DNA of 64,000 bases from Pirellulales bacterium (GTDB lineage: Bacteria > Planctomycetota > Planctomycetia > Pirellulales > JAICIG01): positions 95,943 to 159,942 of the forward strand of contig JBBDYJ010000025.1 of NCBI GenBank assembly GCA_040901675.1, written 5' to 3'. Positions 54,896 to 63,380 of this stretch are shown in pieces. Position numbers and translations under genes: made by a program. The notes below the pieces were generated by a model that did not search any database, was not told the DNA's origin, and saw only the letters and a list, made by a program, of their open reading frames with translations. The first letter of the stretch is position 1. The number at the start of each line of letters is the position of its first letter.

Positions 54896-56443
54896 TCAGC
54901 TCACGCCGAGCAACCGGCAAGCCTCGGCGTAGCCGGGGGCCGGGCGGCCGAACTCGCTGGCGGTCACGCGGGCCAGCGCGGCCAACTGCCGCCAACGCAT
55001 CGACTGGCGGGTGCGGCCGAACTCCTCGCTCACGGTGCGGTAGTACTTCTCCGCGTGCAGCGCGCCGTCTTCGCTGGTCGCGTACCGCAGCAGCAGGTTG
55101 AAGACCGGCGCCGGCTCGCCGCCCAGCTCGCCATAGCGGTGTACGATCGCCGTGGCCGCGAACTGGTTCTGATCGCGGATGGCCGCTTCGGCTTCCGCCA
55201 GCAAGGCCGCCGGGTCGCTGCCGCCGACCTCGGCCAGGTGCTCGGCCGCCGGGTACGGCTCGCTGTTGAGGTTGCCGCTCTGGCCGGCCGTGTGGTAGGC
55301 AGCCACGATCAGGCTGGCCAGCGTGTTGCGGTGGTTGCTCACCTGGGCGATGTTTCGCCAGGCATTGGCCGCATCCGAGGCATGCACGCCGACCGAGTCG
55401 CCGTGGACGCTGCCCAGCGGCTTGCCCTCCTGGGCATTGCGGCGCCCGGGGTCGTGCAGCACCAGCCGATTGGCGGCCACCGAGATCGCTTCGCCCACCG
55501 ACTGGGGCGACATGCCGTCGGCCAGCGCGGCCGCCACCGCGTCGGCGGCATGCTCGCGATCGGTGCCGAAGACGATGCGGCTCATCTCTTCGATCCAGGC
55601 ATCGTCGGCCTGCCGGTCGCCCAGCGGACGCTCGAGCAGCCGGTACTGGTCCAGCAGCTTGGGCAGCGTCTGGCGGACCGAAGGAAGGCCGCGGCCGTTC
55701 TTGACGTACCCATTCTCGCTTTGCACGCAGTAGCGGACCGACTGCCGCAACAGCGTGTGGGCGTGCTCCAGGCCGGTCACCTCCAGCAGAGCGAAGGCCC
55801 GGTAGGCCAGCACCACGCGGTGCACGTCGGTGTCGTCCTGGACGATCCACTGCAGCTCGTTGAAGGCGTCGTCAGGGCCGCCGCGTGCGATGGCCGCGAA
55901 CGTCTTCTCGGCGGTTTCCATTTCCAGGCCGCGGACGGCCTGCTGCAACTGCTCGCCTCCGGGACGCGACGAGGGCAGCTCGCCGGCGTGGATGGGGTGC
56001 AGTTGCTCCTGGCTGCCGCCGCCGTTGGTCTGGATGTGGTTGGTGTTGCGGTACAGCACCTTGAACACCGGCAAGGCCCGCCGGTCGTCGGGCAGCTCGC
56101 GCGACATGTCCAGGGCCGGCGGCAGCGCCATCAGCGTGTGGAAGCCGATGTAATCCTGCCCGCCGAAGGTGCGGGCGTTGGCCAGGGCGCCTGCGGCCAC
56201 CAGTTCCTTGAGAGTGGTTCCGGACTTCACCTTCTCTACCAGGGCGGGGAGCAGGCGGTCGATGCTCGTCTGCTGCATCAGCGAGACCAGGGGCTCGATC
56301 GACCCGAACGTCAGCCGTTCGTCCACTTCGCCGGCCATGGCCGACGCCAGACCCATATCGCGGGCCAGGGCCGGCCCCACGCTGACGACCAACATGCCTT
56401 TGCCCACGTCCGCAAGAAAACCGCGACGGCTGCGAGGACTCAT
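54896..56443 (-). CDS. Hypothetical protein with Tat-like signal and His motifs
   Basis: SRRGFL; GFHTLM, DVHRVV, VHGDSVGVHASD, GALHAEKY. Confidence 0.8.
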   Translation of the reverse strand: MSPRSRRGFLADVGKGMLVVSVGPALARDMGLASAMAGEVDERLTFGSIEPLVSLMQQTSIDRLLPALVEKVKSGTTLKELVAAGALANARTFGGQDYIGFHTLMALPPALDMSRELPDDRRALPVFKVLYRNTNHIQTNGGGSQEQLHPIHAGELPSSRPGGEQLQQAVRGLEMETAEKTFAAIARGGPDDAFNELQWIVQDDTDVHRVVLAYRAFALLEVTGLEHAHTLLRQSVRYCVQSENGYVKNGRGLPSVRQTLPKLLDQYRLLERPLGDRQADDAWIEEMSRIVFGTDREHAADAVAAALADGMSPQSVGEAISVAANRLVLHDPGRRNAQEGKPLGSVHGDSVGVHASDAANAWRNIAQVSNHRNTLASLIVAAYHTAGQSGNLNSEPYPAAEHLAEVGGSDPAALLAEAEAAIRDQNQFAATAIVHRYGELGGEPAPVFNLLLRYATSEDGALHAEKYYRTVSEEFGRTRQSMRWRQLAALARVTASEFGRPAPGYAEACRLLGVS

Positions 56444-56553
56444 GGTCGATCTCCCGGAAAAGGGGTGTTAGCTGGTTGCTGGTTTTTGTGCCTCAAAAGC
56501 CTGCCCGTGATTATAACGCACGGGCGTTACAGGTGGCCAGGGTACCCCCCCCT

Positions 56554-58458
56554 TCATCCTTCATCCTTTATCCTTCTGCCTTCTGCCTTGATCCTGCCGA
56601 CCACGAGCACCATCACCGACAGGCCGAGCAACGAGGCGCCCACCATTCCCATCAGCACGAATGTGCCCCGCAGGCCCTGGCGGGCACGCCGGATGTCGCG
56701 GTCCAGCGGCCGGATGATCTCCAGCACGCCCGGCACGTCGCCCACTTTCCAGTCCGTCTTGGTGCTGTCGGGATGGCCGTTGTGACAGCGGACGCAGCTC
56801 TCCTCCATGCGCCGGGCCGTGGCATACCGCAACGATTCACGGCCCAAGTGGTCCTCGAAGCTCCAGAAGGGCCGCTCCGGGTTGTCGCTCAACTGCGCCA
56901 ACGCCTCGCGCTGGAAGTTGTCCTTCGGCCCGCCGTCACGCCGCGACTTGAAGGGGTAGTTGCTGAACAGCCGCACCTGCATCCCCGAAGCGCTCCTTTC
57001 GCTGATGTGGCGTCCCAGGTCGATGGTCAGCGTGGCCGGCAGCGGGATGGCGCCTTGCTTGTGGGCATAGTCGTGCGTGACCTCGATCTTGAGCGGGGAG
57101 AGCCGCTCCACGATCTTGGAGTAGTCCTCGTTGACGATCCAGAGCATCTCCGATTCCTGGGCGGCGCTGTCCAGGGCCGCCGACTGCACCAGTTGCCCGG
57201 AAAGCCGCGACAGGTGCCAGAGCCCCACGGCCGAGCCGAGCGTTACGGCCAACAGCAGGCTGCACGGCACCGGGTTGCGGCGGCACCAGTGCCAGATGCG
57301 CTCCAGCGGGCCGGCCGGCCTGGCCTTGATCGGCTCGCCCGCCAGCCAGCGGCGCAGGTCGTCGGCCAGCTCGCGGCCGCTTGTATAGCGGCGGGCGGAG
57401 GCCTTGGCCATCGCTTTCAGGCAGATGGTCTCCAGGTCGCGTGGAATCTTGTCGTTCAGCCGTCGCGGCGAACGCGGTTCGTCCTCCAGCACCTGCAGGA
57501 TCAGCATCCGCCGGTTGCCGCGGAACGGCCTCTCGCCCGTCAGCATCTCGTACAGGATCACCCCCAGGCTGTACAAGTCGCTGCGGGCGTCGACCTGGTG
57601 CGAATCGCCCCGCGCCTGCTCGGGCGACATGTAAGCCGGAGTGCCCAGCACCTGCCCCTCGGGAGTTACCGGGATCTCCTCGGCCTCGCGCTTGGCCAGG
57701 CCAAAGTCGGTGAGGTGCGGGCGGCCTTCCGGATCGAGCACGATGTTCGAAGGCTTCAAGTCGCGATGGATGACTCCCTGGCGGTGAGCATAATCGAGCG
57801 CCGCGGCCACCTCGGCCAAGAGCGCTGCCGCGTGCCGCGGCGCGAGCGGGCCCTTGCTCAGCCGGGCCGCCAGCGTCGACCCTTGCACCAACTCCTCGAC
57901 CAGGTACCAGGTGCCGTCGTCGGCCTGGCCAGTGTCGTACAGCGAGACGATGCCTGGGTGCTTGAGCTGCGCGGCGCTGCGGGCCTCGCGCAGAAAACGG
58001 TCGACGTCGTCCTGGCTCGCCAGCCGGCCGGCCCGCAGTATCTTGATCGCCACGGGGCGGCCCAGCTCGGTGTCCCGGGCGCGGAACACGTAGCCGAACG
58101 AGCCGATCCCCAGCTCTTCGAGCAGCTCGAACTTGCCCACCCGCCGGGGCAAGCCGGCCTTGGTCCAGCCGTTGCCCTGCCCCGGATTGCCTTGCCCCGG
58201 ATTGCCTTGCCCCGGACGCACCCCGCGGGCCGCCTCGATCAGCCCCGCGGGCACCGCCTCGGTGGCTGGGGTTGCGCCTGACGATTGCCGCAACTGGCAG
58301 ACGAGCGGATCGTCAGCATCGTTCAGGTCGTTGAGCCGGGCGTCGCAGGCCTCGCAGTGCTCGACGTGTTCGGCAATCCGCGCCAGGGCCGGAGAACTCA
58401 AGTTGCCGACGGCAAACTCGAACAGCTCCGCGCGATCTGGACAGCCAGCGTGTTCCAT
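56554..58458 (-). CDS. Ser/Thr (Hanks) kinase with N-terminal HxxxCxxC zinc finger and C-terminal DUF3365-like heme c domain
   Basis: EHVEHCEAC; GIGSFG, VAIK, HRDLKPSN, DFG, GTPAYMSPEQ; TM; LRYATAR...SCVRCH...WKVGDVPG; TM. Confidence 0.92.
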   Translation of the reverse strand: MEHAGCPDRAELFEFAVGNLSSPALARIAEHVEHCEACDARLNDLNDADDPLVCQLRQSSGATPATEAVPAGLIEAARGVRPGQGNPGQGNPGQGNGWTKAGLPRRVGKFELLEELGIGSFGYVFRARDTELGRPVAIKILRAGRLASQDDVDRFLREARSAAQLKHPGIVSLYDTGQADDGTWYLVEELVQGSTLAARLSKGPLAPRHAAALLAEVAAALDYAHRQGVIHRDLKPSNIVLDPEGRPHLTDFGLAKREAEEIPVTPEGQVLGTPAYMSPEQARGDSHQVDARSDLYSLGVILYEMLTGERPFRGNRRMLILQVLEDEPRSPRRLNDKIPRDLETICLKAMAKASARRYTSGRELADDLRRWLAGEPIKARPAGPLERIWHWCRRNPVPCSLLLAVTLGSAVGLWHLSRLSGQLVQSAALDSAAQESEMLWIVNEDYSKIVERLSPLKIEVTHDYAHKQGAIPLPATLTIDLGRHISERSASGMQVRLFSNYPFKSRRDGGPKDNFQREALAQLSDNPERPFWSFEDHLGRESLRYATARRMEESCVRCHNGHPDSTKTDWKVGDVPGVLEIIRPLDRDIRRARQGLRGTFVLMGMVGASLLGLSVMVLVVGRIKAEGRRIKDEG

Positions 58459-58678
58459 TTCCTTATCTTGACCGAATGCAGTTGCGAATGCACGTACCCC
58501 TATCCATGAACGCCGCGGCGTTACACGGGCCGGGGAGGCTGCTCACTTGAACATCCGCCAAGGATTGACCCGCCGTGCTGGACTTTGACCGCCGCCTGGG
58601 TCAAATTGAGAAGCGAAACAGCGGTGCTTGTGGTGCACGCATCGTGGAGGTCCTTGGCGGATGGGCGACTGGCGCGAC

Positions 58679-59305
58679 ATGTGCGGCCCCGGATCGGAAC
58701 TGTCCGCTTCCACCGAAACTTCGCGAGGCCTGATCGAGCGGGTCCAGGCGGCCGATCCCGTGGCGTGGGACCGGCTGGTCCACTTGTACGGCCCGCTGGT
58801 CTTGGGCTGGTGCCGCTACTTCGGCCTCAAGGACGACGACGTGGCCGACGTGTTTCAGGAGGTGTTTGCCTCGGTGGCGGCCAACATCGGCCGCTTTCAC
58901 AAGGACCGGCCCGGCGACACCTTTCGCGGCTGGCTGCGGACGATCACGCGCAACAAGGTACACGATCATTTCCGCCGCCTGGGGCGCGAGCCGGGCGGCG
59001 AGGGGGGCACGGAGGCGCAAGTGCGGATGTCGCAGGTTGCGGCGTCGCAGGTCGAGTCGCAATCCGAGAGCGCGCCGGCGCGTGCCGAGCAGGTGGCGCA
59101 CTCCGACCTGTTTCAGCGGGGGCTGGAAATGATCCGCGGCGAGTTCGAGGAACGCACCTGGCACGCCTTCTGGCGGACGGCCGTCGATGGCCGCGCCCCC
59201 AAGGACGTGGGCGCCGAGTTATCGATGAGCCCCGGCGCCGTGCGAGTGGCCAAGTCGCGCGTGTTGCAGCGTCTCCGCGCCGAGCTCGGCGACCTGCGCG
59301 AATGA
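58679..59305 (+). CDS. ECF sigma factor
   Basis: AWDRLVHLYGPLV, DVFQEVF, FRGWLRTITRNK, AELSMSPGAVRVAKSRVLQRLR; start uncertain. Confidence 0.93.
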   Translation: MCGPGSELSASTETSRGLIERVQAADPVAWDRLVHLYGPLVLGWCRYFGLKDDDVADVFQEVFASVAANIGRFHKDRPGDTFRGWLRTITRNKVHDHFRRLGREPGGEGGTEAQVRMSQVAASQVESQSESAPARAEQVAHSDLFQRGLEMIRGEFEERTWHAFWRTAVDGRAPKDVGAELSMSPGAVRVAKSRVLQRLRAELGDLRE

Positions 59306-59309
59306 CGCC

Positions 59310-60314
59310 GTAGCGGAATTCACCAGAATTCCGGCCGCGCCGATTCGCAACAACGATATTCAACAAGCCTCGAACTCTGCGATTTCCGGCTACGCGGAGC
59401 CCTCGCGCTGCCGCCGGAGCGCCTCGATTTCGCGGCGCAGTTCAGCGTTCTCAGCTTCAGTCTTCTGGCGCTCGGCTTCAGCGGTCTCTGCTCTCTCCTC
59501 AGCGGTCTCTGCTCTCTCCTCAGCGGTCTCTGCTCTCTCCTCAGCCGTTTCTGCTCTCTCCTGGCGATTCAACAGCCGCTTGCCGCTGGCCGGATCCCAG
59601 AGCCGCAAGTCGGTCCCGTCCGCCTCGAAGTGCAGCGACGTGACTTCGCTGGGCAAGCGGCCGTCTACAGGCTCAATCGCAACGTACTGGGTTTCCTTCA
59701 GCCGGTAACCCTGCAGCCGCGGCGTGAGATACTCCCCCTCGGGGTCAAACAAGAAGTATTCAGAGACCTTGAGCACGTCGCGGTATAACCGCATCTTTTT
59801 CTGGAGGTCTTCCTTGCGAGTCGATTGGCTCGTAATCTCCACGACCAGATCGGGCGCCTTGCCCTCTTCCCAGGTCAGGTAGTACTTGCGGTACTTGTCC
59901 TTCGGCACGCCGCGGACGACAAACACGTCCGGGGACAAGTGCTTCCACTTGTCGCCCGGCACGTAGTACATCATCATGTTGCCCCACACATAGGTCATCG
60001 GGTCGTGCGCGAACCAGTCGACGAGCATGTGCTGAGTGTTAACAATAACGCTGGCGTGAAGCGGGGTTTCTCCCAAGGGGCGTCCATCTCGAGTGGGGTA
60101 ATCGACCGGGGACCCAGCGGCAGCCGCCGAAGCGGGAGATGTGCTGGCCATTACGAGGACGCTCCAGGGTTTGGCGCGGGTGAATGCAATAATAAAGTCT
60201 ATGCCGACCGCGCCGCCCTGTCCACTTCGCTGGGCCGGGAACTCGCGCGTAGCGGAATTCGCCAGAATTCCGGCCGCGCTGATTTGCAACAATGATACTC
60301 AACAAACCCCGAAC
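59310..60314 (+). repeat. 66-bp direct repeats (59310-59375 and 60249-60314), each starting with a family A REP, flanking the Uma2 gene
   Basis: Manual alignment gives 7 mismatches in 66 bp. Confidence 0.85.
59390..60151 (-). CDS. Uma2 (DUF820) family putative endonuclease
   Basis: YP..DG.P..ET..H, SPDVFVV, APDLVVEITS.ST...D...K...Y, EYFLFDP; C-terminal (AETAEER)n coiled coil. Confidence 0.93.
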   Translation of the reverse strand: MASTSPASAAAAGSPVDYPTRDGRPLGETPLHASVIVNTQHMLVDWFAHDPMTYVWGNMMMYYVPGDKWKHLSPDVFVVRGVPKDKYRKYYLTWEEGKAPDLVVEITSQSTRKEDLQKKMRLYRDVLKVSEYFLFDPEGEYLTPRLQGYRLKETQYVAIEPVDGRLPSEVTSLHFEADGTDLRLWDPASGKRLLNRQERAETAEERAETAEERAETAEERAETAEAERQKTEAENAELRREIEALRRQREGSA

Positions 60315-60396
60315 GGTAGCCGTCACGCTGGAGCGTGATCAGCTACCTCACGCGGAGCATGAGGGCTACTATAAGGCGCTTTACGGCCGGGGCCCC

Positions 60397-61557
60397 CTAC
60401 AGCTCCAGCTCGTCCAGCGAGTCGATCAAGTTGTCCAGGTCGTCCTTGGGACCTTGCTGGCCGCCTGCCTGCCGCTTGGGCATGCCGACCATGGCGCCGA
60501 CCGCGTCGCGCCCCACGGCGACCAGTTCCACGTCGCGCTCCAGCACGGCCACTTCCAGCGCGTCCGGCGCTCCGAACAGTTTTGAAAGATCGATCTTCAA
60601 TCCGCCTGCCGTGCCGTCCGCGCTGCCCGCGATGGCAGGCGTCTTGTGCTGGGGAAAGATGATGGCGTTCGCCGGGCAAACCCGGCTGCAGGCCGGACAC
60701 CCCTTGCGGCAATTGTCGGGCTGCTCGACCAGGATCGTCTCGGCCCCGCCCACTCCGTACACGCCGAACAGGCAAAAATCGAGACACTCCAGGCAGTTCG
60801 TGCAGCGGCTGTAATCGATCACCGGATACCACCGCCGCTGCGGCTCTTCGTCGATGCGCTGGACGACCGCGCCGTCCTGAGCCGGAATCGCCGTCCCTTC
60901 GCCGCCCGGTCGATTGTTCCCCGCTGCCGCCTGGCCATTCGCCCCGCTGGGGTCGCCCGCTGGCTGCCCGGCCCGATTCTCCAAGATGGCTTCATCCCGC
61001 TGGCCGGCGGCCGGATCGAGATAACGTGCGAGCTGCTCCGGCTTGGGCGTGCCCTGGATCCAACCCATCAGGTCGACGCTCACCGTTTCGACCGACGCCT
61101 CGGCCACGATCCGTCGAACCTCCTCGATGTACGCCGCGGCTTCATCGCGGACCCGCAGATCGAGACAATAAATGTCGCGGTTGGGGGCCGGGCGGCTCTC
61201 CTCGACGGCCGCGGACGCACGTTCCTCGTCGCCGGCATCCTCGTCTTCGTCGTCATCATCATCCTGCCCTTCGTTGACCAGCAGCGTCGCGCCCGTCCGG
61301 CCGCGGATGCCGTTGCGATCGAGAATCCAGTGGGCCGCCCTGGGAAACAGCCAGCTCAGCACGATCATGTCGCCGCTGATGCTTTGCAGGCAGAGCATGC
61401 CGGTGCCGTCGGGCGCCAGGTCGTAGAGGTGCGGAACCACCGTCACTTCCAGGCCCCGCTCGAACAGCAGACCCGCCACCAGGTCTTCTTCCAGCTTTCG
61501 CCGGGCGGGATTGTTGCTCTGCCCCTGCGAAACGACGACGGTTACTTTTTTGGCCAT
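60397..61557 (-). CDS. 2x[4Fe-4S] ferredoxin-domain protein with an uncharacterised N-terminal domain
   Basis: CTNCLECLDFC and CRKGCPACSRVCP; acidic linker. Confidence 0.88.
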   Translation of the reverse strand: MAKKVTVVVSQGQSNNPARRKLEEDLVAGLLFERGLEVTVVPHLYDLAPDGTGMLCLQSISGDMIVLSWLFPRAAHWILDRNGIRGRTGATLLVNEGQDDDDDEDEDAGDEERASAAVEESRPAPNRDIYCLDLRVRDEAAAYIEEVRRIVAEASVETVSVDLMGWIQGTPKPEQLARYLDPAAGQRDEAILENRAGQPAGDPSGANGQAAAGNNRPGGEGTAIPAQDGAVVQRIDEEPQRRWYPVIDYSRCTNCLECLDFCLFGVYGVGGAETILVEQPDNCRKGCPACSRVCPANAIIFPQHKTPAIAGSADGTAGGLKIDLSKLFGAPDALEVAVLERDVELVAVGRDAVGAMVGMPKRQAGGQQGPKDDLDNLIDSLDELEL

Positions 61558-61608
61558 GGGATGTCAGCTCGTTGAGTCGGCGGGTCGGCAGCGGTTGCGG
61601 CCAGCCGG

Positions 61609-62064
61609 CTACTCGTTCATTTGTCCTTTGATGGTCCGCTCGGCGACGGCCCAGGCGGCCTCCAGGTGCACCAGGTATTCAGGGCCGCTCAAAAGCGACT
61701 CGCCGCCCCCCTCCATCTCAAACAGCCAGCCCTCGCCGTAGTTGTCCACGTTAATCGCCGACGGGTCCGCCAGCAAGCCGGCGTTGAACTCGGTCAGCCG
61801 GCCCGTCATCGGAGCATACAGTTCGCTTTCCGCCTTGGAGCTTTCGATCGACCCGATGGCCTGCTTCTCACGCACCATGGTACTCGCGTCGATCGACCAG
61901 TCCAGGAAATACACGTCTTGCAGCAAGCGGACCGCGTAGGCCGTGAAGCCGAAGCGGTATCCGCCGCCGGCGGCCTGGGCCCACATGTGGTTCCTGGCGT
62001 ACTGGCGATCGGTCGGAATTCGCGCGGCGAACTGGCCCATCATGAAGACCAGCTCGCCGGTCAT
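61609..62064 (-). CDS. Glycine cleavage H-like lipoyl-carrier protein
   Basis: HMW, IGSIESSKAESELYAPMTG, INVDNYGEGWLF; ATGA overlap with the upstream gene. Confidence 0.85.
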   Translation of the reverse strand: MTGELVFMMGQFAARIPTDRQYARNHMWAQAAGGGYRFGFTAYAVRLLQDVYFLDWSIDASTMVREKQAIGSIESSKAESELYAPMTGRLTEFNAGLLADPSAINVDNYGEGWLFEMEGGGESLLSGPEYLVHLEAAWAVAERTIKGQMNE

Positions 62065-63365
62065 GTGTAACGGACTCCCTGGTGCTCGGGCTCGAAAAAG
62101 GCCGGCAACAGGGCATCGGCCCGCAACAGGCCGGGCCGGGTCAACCGCACGTCGTCCCCTTCGACCGTGAGATAGCCTTCCCGGGCATGCTCGTCGAAGG
62201 CGTCGCTGAACTCGTCGAGGATTTCCAGCCCGAATTTTTCTCTGAAATAGCCCGCATCGAGCCGCCCGGTCTTCAACTGCAGCACCAGCTCGCGCACCAG
62301 GAGCTGGTGCGGCGTGGGCCGCATCCCGCGCTGCAGGGGGAGCCGGCCCGCTTCCAGGGCCTCCAGGTAGTCGCCCCATTCGCTCAGGTTCTGGTAGTGC
62401 ACGCCCGACACATGCCCGAAGCTGGCCACGCCCGTGGCCAGCAGGTCGCTGCCGCGCCACAGGTTGTCGCGATAGCTGAAGCGGACCCGCTGCCGGTCCT
62501 TGACCAGCGTGTACGCGCTGGAAACCTCGTATCCGGCGGCGATCAGCTCATCGCAGGCGTAGTCGAGCCAGGCCCGCTTGGTGGGCCAGTCGGCCACCGG
62601 CGTTTCAATCTGGTTGCCCAGGATGTCGCGGGAGTAGACCGTGTTGAAGGGAAGCTCCATCTGGTAGATCGTCACGCTGTCGGGCGACAGCTCGATGGTC
62701 TTCTGGATGTTTACTTTCCAGTTGTCCCACGTCTCGCCCACCATGCCGGCGATCAGATCGACGTTCACGCTGTCGAAGTCGAGCTCCTCGATCCAGCTCC
62801 ACGACTTGTACACTTCGGCCGACAGGTGGGCGCGGCCGTTCTCTTCCAGCACGGCGTCGCTGAAGTTCTCAATGCCCAGGCTCAGCCGCGTCACGCCCAG
62901 GTGCCGCAGCGTCTCGAGCTTCGGTTGCGAGAGCGTGCCCGGCTCGCACTCGAACGTCACTTCCTCGGCGTGGTCCCAGTTGATGTTGGCCCGCAGCCGG
63001 TCGACCAGCGAGGTGAGCTGCCGCCCGCTCAAGAACGACGGCGTGCCGCCGCCGAAGTAGACAAAGCGGAAAGGCCTGCCTCCCATCACCGGCAGCCGGC
63101 TCACCAACTCGATCTCGCGCGACAAGGCCGACACGTAGCGCTCGACGTCGGGCGCGTTCTTGTCGGTATACACGCGAAAGTAGCAGAACTTGCAGCGCTT
63201 GCGGCAGAAGGGAATGTGCAAGTAGAGCCCCAGCGGCACGTCCGCCGGCGGACTCTCCAGGGCCCGCCGCACCTCGGGCAGCGCATCGGTCGTCCACTGC
63301 GAGAAGGGGGGATAGTTGGCGATGAAATAGCTGCCAACTTCGGTCTTGGTGCTCTCGGTGGTCAT
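62061..63365 (-). CDS. HemN/coproporphyrinogen-III-oxidase-like radical SAM enzyme
   Basis: LYLHIPFCRKRCKFC, YFGGGTPS, RLSLGIE, NVDLIAG. Confidence 0.92.
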   Translation of the reverse strand: MTTESTKTEVGSYFIANYPPFSQWTTDALPEVRRALESPPADVPLGLYLHIPFCRKRCKFCYFRVYTDKNAPDVERYVSALSREIELVSRLPVMGGRPFRFVYFGGGTPSFLSGRQLTSLVDRLRANINWDHAEEVTFECEPGTLSQPKLETLRHLGVTRLSLGIENFSDAVLEENGRAHLSAEVYKSWSWIEELDFDSVNVDLIAGMVGETWDNWKVNIQKTIELSPDSVTIYQMELPFNTVYSRDILGNQIETPVADWPTKRAWLDYACDELIAAGYEVSSAYTLVKDRQRVRFSYRDNLWRGSDLLATGVASFGHVSGVHYQNLSEWGDYLEALEAGRLPLQRGMRPTPHQLLVRELVLQLKTGRLDAGYFREKFGLEILDEFSDAFDEHAREGYLTVEGDDVRLTRPGLLRADALLPAFFEPEHQGVRYT

Positions 63366-63380
63366 CTCGCTGGCCTCATT

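Noticed and set aside
62061..63365. Gene symbols hemN, and likewise gcvH (61609-62064) and hemL (35156-36457)
   Set aside because: Family motifs are present but the pathway partners are absent; these families contain many non-canonical paralogs.
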